24,000 nt of DNA from Alistipes sp. (GTDB taxonomy: Bacteria > Bacteroidota > Bacteroidia > Bacteroidales > Rikenellaceae). Positions 17,545 through 24,000 of this stretch are shown here, in pieces. Position 1 is the first letter of the stretch; every line of letters begins with the position of its first letter. The notes under the pieces were generated by a model. It was not told the origin of the DNA. It worked only from the letters and a program-made list of their open reading frames with translations, and did not search any database. The stretch covers positions 1-24,000 of the forward strand of contig JAGBFA010000006.1 in the NCBI GenBank assembly GCA_017936685.1. Reading direction: 5' to 3'. The position numbers and the translations under genes were made by a program.

Positions 17545-17630
17545 ATCATCGGTAATTTATAGTTTCTCATCATGTTGTGTAAAGATATGCAAAAAATGCT
17601 AATTATGTAGTAATGTCATTGCATTTTTTG

Positions 17631-17638
17631 TATATTTG
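17631..17638 (+). promoter_or_regulatory. Possible -7 box (TATATTTG) for the two small low-GC genes
   Basis: Exact TAnnTTTG match in a very AT-rich spacer. If used, it excludes the tracked 17636 start. I found no clear -33 element. Confidence 0.35.
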
Positions 17639-17692
17639 TGGAGACTAAAGCACGCCGTAAACATATTCGTTATACTTCAAAAAACTATTTGT

Positions 17693-17935
17693 ATGGGAAC
17701 GATGATAATTGGCATAATATGCTTGTTGGGTGTGGGAGTGTATGTATTCGGTCATGCAGGAGACAACATACACAATATAAAGGAACAGACAGGGGTGAAA
17801 TGTCCTCAATGCAAGTCTACCCACGTCGGCATGACGGATTATTACAACATCGACGACGGCCTGATTGGCAACCGGCTGTTCAAAGAGTACGAATGTCAGG
17901 AATGCGGTAAGAGATTCAGTATTCCGGCAGATTAA
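17693..17935 (+). CDS. Small (80 aa) membrane-anchored zinc-ribbon protein, function unknown
   Basis: N-terminal hydrophobic helix MGTMIIGIICLLGVGVYVFG, followed by CPQC...(34 aa)...CQEC. It lies in the low-GC islet. Confidence 0.55.
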   Translation: MGTMIIGIICLLGVGVYVFGHAGDNIHNIKEQTGVKCPQCKSTHVGMTDYYNIDDGLIGNRLFKEYECQECGKRFSIPAD

Positions 17936-17958
17936 TAATATCTTAATATTCGATCGCA

Positions 17959-18411
17959 ATGAAAAAGTTTGTAATACTCGTATTGGCTGTTGCCTTGTCG
18001 TCGATCGGCGCGGATTGTGCTGCGCAAGTCACTAAAATTCCTACTGCTATAAAAGCTCTGACAAAAGGTGAAAAAGCAGCAGAGGTAATAGGCAGTGTTA
18101 TGTTGCGTGCCGCACGTGGAGAACTTACTCCGCCCATTCCATCTAACGTCTCGCGGCAGAGTGCCCTCATTTATAACAATAGATTGCCGGGGGCAGGCGT
18201 AAATTCCATACTTCCCGGCAGCTCGGCCAAGCAGTTTAAGATGGCGGGCGAGTATCTGAAAGAGCGTACAAAGGAATTAGAAGATAGTAAGGAGTTAAAA
18301 GACATGCAGAAATTAAAAGATAGTCTGGCAGAGGCAAGAGAACCTTCATTGCTCATGCCGGATTTACCCCCTTCACATATGTGGGAGCCGCCTGTTCAAA
18401 AAAATAAATAA
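17959..18411 (+). CDS. Small (150 aa) secreted protein, function unknown
   Basis: Signal peptide MKKFVILVLAVALSSIGA and a charged, repetitive C-terminal part (KELEDSKELKDMQKLKDS). It starts 23 nt after the preceding small gene. No family recognised. Confidence 0.6.
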   Translation: MKKFVILVLAVALSSIGADCAAQVTKIPTAIKALTKGEKAAEVIGSVMLRAARGELTPPIPSNVSRQSALIYNNRLPGAGVNSILPGSSAKQFKMAGEYLKERTKELEDSKELKDMQKLKDSLAEAREPSLLMPDLPPSHMWEPPVQKNK

Positions 18412-18580
18412 TAGAGAATAGGCACGCAAATGCGGAACATGTAATTATCCGTGGGAAACGTTATGCAGCCGGACATCGGTATTTATGCCGATGTCATATC
18501 TTTGCTGCAAAGGCCATGAATTGGGAAAAGCGGACAAGCAACCGCTGTCAGAGTCCGCCGTATTCAAGGATCTCACCTCC

Positions 18581-18631
18581 ATAATATTTTTACGCCGCCG
18601 GATTTTTTTGTTCGGCGGCGTAAAATATTAT
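18581..18631. terminator. Long near-perfect palindrome between the convergent small-gene pair and the hydrolase operon; putative bidirectional terminator
   Basis: ataatatttttacgccgccg / cggcggcgtaaaatattat has a GC core of 10 bp extended by A/T pairs with one bulged T. The loop is gatttttttgtt. There is no classical 3' U tract on either strand. Confidence 0.5.
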
Positions 18632-18728
18632 ATCGGCATAATTTCATCGTGCAGACCTTTGGTTGCAATTAACGCAATACTATGGCTTATCTGCATCGTA
18701 CTATACGACCGTTTACCATCTTCCGGCA

Positions 18729-19799
18729 CTATTGCGCGCGGAAGGCATCGATGAAGAAACTCTCGATCTTGTCGAAGGGTATTACCGCAAGATTGTCGTA
18801 GAGATCGGTGTGGTCGGCACCCTCGATTATAAGCAGCTCCTTGTTGTCGCCCGTCAGTCGTTTGCGGGCATCTTCGCTGAAATAACACGAGTGCGCCTGC
18901 GCGCCGTGAATCAGCAGTACGGCACTGCGAATCTCGTCGATATAGCTCATTATCGGCATGTTGACGAATGCCAGCGCGGCCGTGGCGAGTTTGCCGCCGT
19001 TGGAATTGGGCGAGCGGTGGTGGTATCCGCGCGGAGTCTTGTAGTAATCGTGGTAACGCTTTACGAACTCGGGAGCATCGTCCGGAACCGGATCGATGAC
19101 ACCTCCGTCGCGGCCGTATGCGCCGCTGCGATACTCCTGTGTGCGCTGCTCGTTCAGGCGGCGGCGCAACCGGTAGCGGTCGTCGGCCGTCATCGCATCG
19201 AAATAACCGTTGGCGGTCACGCGGCTCATGTCGTACATCGTCGAGGTGACCGTCGCCTTTATGCGCGGGTCGTTGGCCGCCGCGTTCAGAGCGAAGCCTC
19301 CCCAGCCGCAGATACCTATGATGCCTATGCGCTCGGGATCGACGTCGTCGCGCATCAGCAGGCAGTCGACCGCCGCACTGAAATCATCTGTGCCGATCTC
19401 GGGCGAGGTGAGATAGCGCGGTGTGCCGCCGCTCTCGCCGTAGAACGACGGATCGAACGCCAGGGTGATAAAGCCGCGCTCGGCCAGCGTCTGGGCATAC
19501 AGCCCCGAGACCTGCTCCTTGACCGCCCCGAACGGGCCGCAGACGGCTATGGCAGGCAGCCGTCCGTCGGCTGCTGAGGGTTTGTACAGATCAGCGGCAA
19601 GCGTGATGCCGTAGCGGTTGTGAAAAGTTATCTTCGTGTGTTCCACTTTGTCGTTGCGCGGGAATGTCTTGTCCCACTCGGTGGTCAGTGTATTCATAAT
19701 CTCTGTAATGTTTTGTTGCTGTTGCTGCGCCGACGCATCTGCGGCGATTATCGTTGCGATACATGCCGCCGATACCGTCAGTAATTTACGTAATTCCAT
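18729..19799 (-). CDS. Exported alpha/beta-fold hydrolase (dienelactone-hydrolase-like), with Cys in the nucleophile-elbow position
   Basis: Signal peptide MELRKLLTVSAACIATIIAADASAQ. The nucleophile elbow is GICGWGG (G-x-C-x-G). Other alpha/beta-fold blocks include AFDPSFYGESGG and LLIHGAQAH. Confidence 0.85.
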   Translation of the reverse strand: MELRKLLTVSAACIATIIAADASAQQQQQNITEIMNTLTTEWDKTFPRNDKVEHTKITFHNRYGITLAADLYKPSAADGRLPAIAVCGPFGAVKEQVSGLYAQTLAERGFITLAFDPSFYGESGGTPRYLTSPEIGTDDFSAAVDCLLMRDDVDPERIGIIGICGWGGFALNAAANDPRIKATVTSTMYDMSRVTANGYFDAMTADDRYRLRRRLNEQRTQEYRSGAYGRDGGVIDPVPDDAPEFVKRYHDYYKTPRGYHHRSPNSNGGKLATAALAFVNMPIMSYIDEIRSAVLLIHGAQAHSCYFSEDARKRLTGDNKELLIIEGADHTDLYDNLAVIPFDKIESFFIDAFRAQ

Positions 19800-19811
19800 A
19801 CTACATATTCT

Positions 19812-20630
19812 CTATTCGAGTCGGCCGTACTCCTCGTCGGTCACGGGTTCGAGCCATACGGTCTTCGTATCCTCGCCCGGCACCGAGAATGCCAGATGCG
19901 CGAACCATGCGTCGGCCGCTGCGCCGTGCCAGTGCTTGACACCGGCTGGGATATGGATCACCGTGCCGGGCAGTATCTCCACGGCAGCCTTGCCCTCCTG
20001 CTGATACCAGCCGCGTCCGGCCACGCCTATGAGCATCTGTCCGCCGCCCTGCGAGGCCTCGTGTATGTGCCAGTTGTTGCGGCAGCCCGGCTCGAAGGTG
20101 ACATTGGCTACGGCGACCTGCTCCGACGACACAGGTGCCAGATAGCTCTGTCCGGTGAAATATTGCGCGTATGCCGTGTTAGGCTCGCCTTTGGGGAATA
20201 TCATCTCCCGCTGAAACTCGGCCCGTGCATCGTCAGCAGCCTCCGTATCGTCGTTCCACACCTCCTTGGCCAGACGGAACGCAGCCCACGCCTTGGGCCA
20301 GCCGGCATAGAATGCGGCATGGGTGATTATCTCGGCTATCTCGGTGCGGGTGATGCCGTTGCGCTTGGCGTTTTGCAGGTGGTGTATCAGCGACGTGTCG
20401 GTGATGCCCTGGCTTATAAGTGCCGTGACGGTGACTATGCTGCGGTCGCGCAGGCTGAGCAGGTCGTTGCGGCTCCATACCTCGCCGAAAAGTATGTCGT
20501 CGTTGAGGTGCGCGAACTCGGGCGCGAACTCGCCGAGCGCGTCGCGTCCGGCGGTCTGAATGATCTTTTGTTGTGCCATTGTCGTGAGTGTTGTGATTGC
20601 AAGTGTCAATAATAAAACAGTCCGTTTCAT
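19812..20630 (-). CDS. Exported fusion protein: carboxymuconolactone decarboxylase (CMD/AhpD-like) domain plus cupin domain
   Basis: Signal peptide MKRTVLLLTLAITTLTTMAQ. The CMD-type part is RDRSIVTVTALISQG...ITHAAFYAGWPKAW. The cupin part is FEPGCRNNWHIHE...IPAGVKHWHGA. It ends 12 nt upstream of the hydrolase gene. Confidence 0.85.
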   Translation of the reverse strand: MKRTVLLLTLAITTLTTMAQQKIIQTAGRDALGEFAPEFAHLNDDILFGEVWSRNDLLSLRDRSIVTVTALISQGITDTSLIHHLQNAKRNGITRTEIAEIITHAAFYAGWPKAWAAFRLAKEVWNDDTEAADDARAEFQREMIFPKGEPNTAYAQYFTGQSYLAPVSSEQVAVANVTFEPGCRNNWHIHEASQGGGQMLIGVAGRGWYQQEGKAAVEILPGTVIHIPAGVKHWHGAAADAWFAHLAFSVPGEDTKTVWLEPVTDEEYGRLE

Positions 20631-20659
20631 ATCATGTGTAGTGTTTGTTTTTCACAATG

Positions 20660-20690
20660 CAAAATTACAACCGTCGCCGACACGGACAAA
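20660..20690 (-). promoter_or_regulatory. Bacteroidota-type promoter for the CMD-cupin / hydrolase operon
   Basis: On the minus strand: TTTG (20690-20687), a 19-nt spacer, then TAATTTTG (20667-20660), about 30 nt upstream of the ATG at 20630. Confidence 0.6.
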
Positions 20691-20820
20691 TAAACCGTTT
20701 ACGGATAGAATTACCATTTTTACCGAATCCGCCATTTCATGTCTCCCTCCGCCGCATGCGAAATCGCAGGACGCTATGCCGTATGACTGCCGGTTTGCAG
20801 GTGGCGGCCGTGATATAATG

Positions 20821-20851
20821 AAAAAGGGAAGCAGAAAAATCTGCCTCCCTT
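20821..20851 (-). terminator. Intrinsic terminator immediately after tRNA-Leu
   Basis: An 11-bp stem, aagggaggcag / ctgcttccctt, on the minus strand. The single non-Watson-Crick pair is G-U on the minus strand only. It is followed by tttt. Confidence 0.7.
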
Positions 20852-20854
20852 TTG

Positions 20855-20938
20855 TACCCAGAGCCGGGGTCGAACCGGCACAGGGGTGAACCTACTGGTG
20901 TTTGAGACCAGCGCGTCTACCGATTCCGCCATCTGGGC
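20855..20938 (-). tRNA. tRNA-Leu (anticodon CAA), class II with a long variable arm; CCA not encoded
   Basis: The minus-strand sequence is GCCCAGATGGCGGAATCGGTAGACGCGCTGGTCTCAAACACCAGTAGGTTCACCCCTGTGCCGGTTCGACCCCGGCTCTGGGTA. It folds with acceptor GCCCAGA/TCTGGGT, anticodon stem CTGGT/ACCAG with loop CTCAAAC, and T arm GCCGG-TTCGACC-CCGGC. Confidence 0.9.
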
Positions 20939-20961
20939 ATCAATTCTCTCGAATTGGTGCG

Positions 20962-20993
20962 CAAATATAGATATAATTTTCCAATACACCAAA
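20962..20993 (-). promoter_or_regulatory. Bacteroidota-type promoter for tRNA-Leu
   Basis: On the minus strand: TTTG (20993-20990), a 20-nt spacer, then TATATTTG (20969-20962), about 24 nt upstream of the mature tRNA 5' end. Confidence 0.6.
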
Positions 20994-20994
20994 T

Positions 20995-21134
20995 CTTTTT
21001 CGTAAAAAGGCATCATTCGCTTCCGCGCCTTGTCACTCAGCAATGGGAAATACGTCAGTATATCCCATCGCTTCGCTCCTGCGTTGCGTTACAACTAATG
21101 CCTTTTGACGAAAAAGAGGGTTGTGGTTCTTTGG
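20995..21134 (-). repeat. Second full copy of the ~140-bp composite repeat, inverted relative to 2636-2775
   Basis: The reverse complement aligns end to end with 2636-2775, for example gcttccgcgccttgtc, ctcagcaatgggaa, tcccatcgcttcgctcc, gcgttgcgttacaactaa and ttttgacgaaaaagagggt. Confidence 0.8.
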
Positions 21135-21152
21135 AAACTATTTCCACTATGC

Positions 21153-21264
21153 TGTCATTCTGAGGAGCAGTCGAATGACTGCGACGTGAGAATCTCTCTC
21201 GGCCGACAAGCACGTTCCCGATGGCGAGACTCAGCGTCGCAACGGCATTGCTTCTCGGCGTGAT
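21153..21264. repeat. Third locus of the TGTCA-N4-GAG hairpin-repeat family (two modules)
   Basis: 21153-21198 is tgtcattctgaggagcagtcgaatgactgcgacgtgagaatctctc. 21223-21264 is a degenerate GTCACTCCGAG...GAGTCTC-type module in reverse orientation. Confidence 0.7.
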
Positions 21265-21375
21265 ATTGCGGCTGTATTTTATGACGATACGCAGGGTCGG
21301 CATGCTCCGGCGGCCGCTGTGCGGGGTGCGGGAAAAATAGTGCGGGCGGCTTTCCTATAATTAAAATAGTTTTGC

Positions 21376-21383
21376 TATCTTTG
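21376..21383 (+). promoter_or_regulatory. Possible -7 box (TATCTTTG) for nadE
   Basis: Exact TAnnTTTG match about 40 nt upstream of the ATG at 21422. The -33 position has only TTTC. Confidence 0.4.
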
Positions 21384-21421
21384 CCGTGTTATTATTTCAG
21401 TTACTGAAAATTTATAGTAGT

Positions 21422-23011
21422 ATGAAGATAGCATTAGCCCAGCTTAACTACACCGTCGGTGACGTTGCAGCCAATACCGCCAAGATCGAGGCGAGTATAG
21501 AGCAGGCCAAAAACGAGGGCGCGGATCTGGTGGTGTTCGCCGAGTTTGCCGTCAGCGGCACTCCGGCATACGGGCTTCTCAGCAAAACCACATTCTTGAC
21601 GCTGTGCGAGGAGGCTGTCGAGTCGATAGCCTCGAAGTGCCGCGGCATTGCCGCCATAGTCGGTGTTCCGTATCTGACCGAATACGGACCGGTGAGTGCA
21701 GCCGCTTTGATATCGGACACGGGAAGTATCTCATATATAGGCAAACAATATGTCACGGCGCGTCGCGAGATGGGATATCTTGTAGGCTCGAAGCGGGGCT
21801 ATGACAGCTTCGATATAGCCGGCAAGCGCGTGATGATCGTGGTAGGCGACGACCTGAGCCGCACGCACGACATCGATCCCGAGGTGGATCTGGTCATCTC
21901 GGTCAATGCCCGCCGCTACGGCAAGGGACTTATGTCGTACCGTTTCGAGAAGATGAGCAAGCTGGCTTTCGCCGAGGGTAAGAACATCATAATGGTCAAT
22001 CAGATAGGCGGCTCGGGCGAGATCGTCTACGACGGTACCTCGGGCGTGCTGAACAGCCGCGGCGAGCTGCTCATGCTGTTGAAGAGCTTTGAGGAGGATT
22101 TCCGCATATTCGATACGGAGGACGAACGGGCACAGGCTGTGCAGGTGCCGTTCACCACATATAACGACCGCACGCGCATGGTCTACAAGGCCGCCTGTTT
22201 AGGTTTGCGCGATTACTTCCACAAGAACAACTACTACAAGGCCTGCGTAGGTCTCTCGGGCGGTATCGACTCGGCCGTGGTGGCATGTCTGGCCGTGGGT
22301 GCATTAGGCAGGGAGAATGTCAGGGTGCTGATGATGCCGTCGCAGTTCTCTCCCGACGAGTCGGTGGAAGATGCCAAGAAGCTGGCCGAAAACTTAGGCG
22401 TGGAGTACAGCGTGCTGCCCATCGTGGAGGCCTACGACGCTATTATCGATACGCTAAAACCGGTCATCGGCGGCACTGAGTTCGATGCCACGGAGGAGAA
22501 CGTGCAGTCGCGTATCCGCACCATAATGCTTATGGCCGTGCAGAACAAGACGGGATACATGCTTCTCAATTCGTCGAACAAGAGCGAAAACGCATTGGGC
22601 TGGTGTACGCTGTACGGCGATACGGCCGGTACTTTCAGCGTGACGGGCGACCTCTACAAGGGCGAGATCTACGATCTGGCGCGTTACATCAACTCTTCGT
22701 TCGGCGATGTGATTCCCGAGACGATCATCGACAAGGAGCCGTCGTCGGAGTTGCGCCCCGATCAGAAGGACAGCGACCTGCTGCCTCCATACGAGGTAGT
22801 CGATGCCATACTCTACCGCATGATCGAGGAGCACCAGCATCGCGAGGAGATCATCAATGCCGGATTCGATTCGGAGGTGGTGGAGAAGATCCACTCGATG
22901 ATCATGCGCAACGAGCGCAAACGACATCAGTTCCCACCCGTTCTGCGTCTGTCGAGATGCGCGTTCCGCCACGAGTGGCTGATGCCGTTAGTGAACCGCT
23001 ACGGCGACTGA
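21422..23011 (+). CDS. nadE: Glutamine-dependent NAD+ synthetase (N-terminal CN-hydrolase/nitrilase domain plus NAD synthetase domain)
   Basis: MKIALAQLNYTVGD...DLVVFAEFAVSG is the CN-hydrolase part. The PP-loop SGGIDSAV and the NAD synthetase C-terminal blocks (NKSENALGWCTLYGD, ELRPDQKDSD) follow. The ATG at 21422 was chosen over the tracked 21386 start. Confidence 0.9.
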   Translation: MKIALAQLNYTVGDVAANTAKIEASIEQAKNEGADLVVFAEFAVSGTPAYGLLSKTTFLTLCEEAVESIASKCRGIAAIVGVPYLTEYGPVSAAALISDTGSISYIGKQYVTARREMGYLVGSKRGYDSFDIAGKRVMIVVGDDLSRTHDIDPEVDLVISVNARRYGKGLMSYRFEKMSKLAFAEGKNIIMVNQIGGSGEIVYDGTSGVLNSRGELLMLLKSFEEDFRIFDTEDERAQAVQVPFTTYNDRTRMVYKAACLGLRDYFHKNNYYKACVGLSGGIDSAVVACLAVGALGRENVRVLMMPSQFSPDESVEDAKKLAENLGVEYSVLPIVEAYDAIIDTLKPVIGGTEFDATEENVQSRIRTIMLMAVQNKTGYMLLNSSNKSENALGWCTLYGDTAGTFSVTGDLYKGEIYDLARYINSSFGDVIPETIIDKEPSSELRPDQKDSDLLPPYEVVDAILYRMIEEHQHREEIINAGFDSEVVEKIHSMIMRNERKRHQFPPVLRLSRCAFRHEWLMPLVNRYGD

Positions 23012-23058
23012 TTGAGCACCGAAAGAGAATATTCAACCTTTTACCACTTATATCCACA

Positions 23059-23478
23059 ATGTCCGCTCCGATTCGACATATCGGCATCGTGCAACGCGTA
23101 GATGATTCGACGGTATATGTCGTCGTCGAACGCCAGAGCGCATGTGCCGCCTGCCATGCCCGCCAAATATGCGGTGTGGATAAAGGCGACAGTGTCATAG
23201 GTGTGAAGACGGCGCATGCGTCGTCGTTCCGACAGGGAGACAGAGTGGAGGTGGCCTTGCGCCGTCGAAGCATGGGCATTGCATCGATCCTTTGGGGATA
23301 TGTGATGCCTTTGTTCGTTCTGCTGCTGTCGCTCTTTGCGGCGAAACTTGCGGGTGCCGCCGACGGACCTGCGGCGTGCGTGACGCTGGCGACCGTGACC
23401 GTATATTATATTGTGCTCTACGTGCTAAGAGAGTATATGGGACGAAAAATTCAATTCACAATTATAAAACAGGAATGA
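23059..23478 (+). CDS. rseC: RseC/MucC-family (SoxR-reducing-system) small membrane protein preceding the rnf operon
   Basis: N-terminal IGIVQRVDDSTVYVVVERQSACAACHARQICG, followed by two hydrophobic helices. Its position directly upstream of rnfB is typical. The start at 23059 lies within the longer tracked ORF. Confidence 0.8.
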   Translation: MSAPIRHIGIVQRVDDSTVYVVVERQSACAACHARQICGVDKGDSVIGVKTAHASSFRQGDRVEVALRRRSMGIASILWGYVMPLFVLLLSLFAAKLAGAADGPAACVTLATVTVYYIVLYVLREYMGRKIQFTIIKQE

Positions 23479-24000
23479 AAGTATTAATCTTAACAGTCCT
23501 GACACTTTGTGTGTTAGGAGGTCTTTTGGCGATTGTCTTGTATTTCGTCGCACAGAAATTCAAGGTCGAGGAGGATCCTCGCATCGACGATGTGGAGAAG
23601 ATGCTTCCGGGCGCGAACTGCGGCGGTTGCGGCTTCGCCGGTTGTCGTGCAATGGCCGAGGCTTTGGTCAAGCAGGACGACATATCGTCGCTCTACTGCC
23701 CTGTGGGCGGAGCCGACGTTATGAAGAGTGCTGCTGCTTATTTGGGTAAGGCCGCTCCGGAGAAGGCTCCCGAGGTGGCTACGGTGCGTTGCGGCGGTAA
23801 TTGCGACAAGCGTCCGCGCACCAATTCGTTCGACGGTGCGAAGAGCTGTGCCGTCGCCTCGTCGCTCTATGTCGGCGAGACGGCCTGCGCTTACGGCTGT
23901 CTGGGCTATGGCGATTGCGTCGAGGTGTGCCAGTTCGGTGCCATCAGCGTGAACCCCGCAACGGGGCTGGCCGAGGTCGATCCCGACAAGTGTACGGCTT
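23475..24000 (+). CDS. rnfB: Rnf electron-transport complex subunit B, 3' end cut by the window edge (absent from the supplied ORF track)
   Basis: My own translation from the ATG at 23475 is MKVLILTVLTLCVLGGLLAIVLYFVAQKF...MLPGANCGGCGFAGCRAMAEAL...CAYGCLGYGDCVEVCQFGAI. This gives an N-terminal anchor, a 4Fe-4S-binding CGGCG motif and the start of a ferredoxin motif. Its ATG overlaps the rseC stop (ATGA). Confidence 0.85.
   Translation, partial: MKVLILTVLTLCVLGGLLAIVLYFVAQKFKVEEDPRIDDVEKMLPGANCGGCGFAGCRAMAEALVKQDDISSLYCPVGGADVMKSAAAYLGKAAPEKAPEVATVRCGGNCDKRPRTNSFDGAKSCAVASSLYVGETACAYGCLGYGDCVEVCQFGAISVNPATGLAEVDPDKCTA

Noticed and set aside
15718-17562. Very long ORFs antisense to, or in alternative frames of, real genes. 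These are 15718-17562 (+), 15062-17038 (-), 14416-15504 (+), 7983-9233 (+), 8293-9018 (-), 2942-3973 (+), 4271-5317 (+), 6046-6765 (+), 9766-10710 (+), 9992-10654 (-), 10998-11960 (+), 13368-14324 (+), 18663-19577 (+), 19896-20612 (+) and 22454-22972 (-)
   Set aside because: Their translations are Arg/Gly/Ala/His-rich low-complexity sequence without motifs. Each fully overlaps a gene with clear family signatures. Stop-codon depletion in GC-rich DNA explains them.
18485-18754. 89-aa ORF in the spacer after the small secreted protein gene
   Set aside because: It reads through the long palindrome and into the convergent hydrolase gene. There is no signal of a real protein. The region is treated as possibly transcribed but non-coding.
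17545-20938. Genomic island integrated at the 3' end of tRNA-Leu (low-GC islet plus accessory-looking operon next to a tRNA)
   Set aside because: There is no integrase or other mobility gene. I could not find a direct repeat of the tRNA 3' end (tacccagagccggggtcgaacc) elsewhere in the window. The hydrolase and cupin genes have host-like GC, and only 17545-18728 is compositionally odd.
20560-21043. ORFs 20560-20889 (+) and 20774-21043 (-)
   Set aside because: Both run across the tRNA-Leu gene, its terminator and its promoter.
21153-21198. Hammerhead-ribozyme-like features in the hairpin modules (GUC, then CUGAGGA fitting the CUGANGA core, then a stem-II-like hairpin)
   Set aside because: The strand after the hairpin reads GACGUG instead of the invariant GAAA. 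There is also no room for stem I between GUC and CUGAGGA. The catalytic core is incomplete in every copy I inspected.

Overview
GC-rich chromosomal segment, most likely from a Bacteroidota (Bacteroidales-type) genome. Support for that: repeated TTTG / TAnnTTTG promoter boxes, an rseC-rnfB operon start, exported GH2 and phosphatase genes, and a C10 peptidase. Most of the window is ordinary housekeeping and carbohydrate or phosphate scavenging: deoD, murA, tdk, plsY, a yitT-family gene, miaB, nadE, rseC-rnfB, tRNA-Leu(CAA), a LacZ-like GH2 beta-galactosidase with a sugar O-acetyltransferase, two exported phosphatases, and a UPF0597/YhaM-type gene. I see no CRISPR array, cas, integrase, transposase, restriction or known defence genes, and no complete multi-gene system I can call novel. 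Four things are not explained by ordinary annotation. (1) A modular family of short hairpin repeats (template TGTCA-N4-GAG...N4'-TCTC) shows compensatory stem changes, fills three intergenic loci, and is associated with a ~140-bp composite repeat present in inverted copies. (2) A sharp GC drop inside the C10 peptidase ORF makes its catalytic half and the downstream lipoprotein look like an exchanged cassette. (3) A low-GC islet holds two orphan small exported or membrane proteins. (4) An exported CMD-cupin fusion is paired with an alpha/beta hydrolase that has a Cys-type nucleophile elbow. Many long ORFs in the supplied track are shadow ORFs of a GC-rich genome. The partial rnfB at the right edge is missing from the track.
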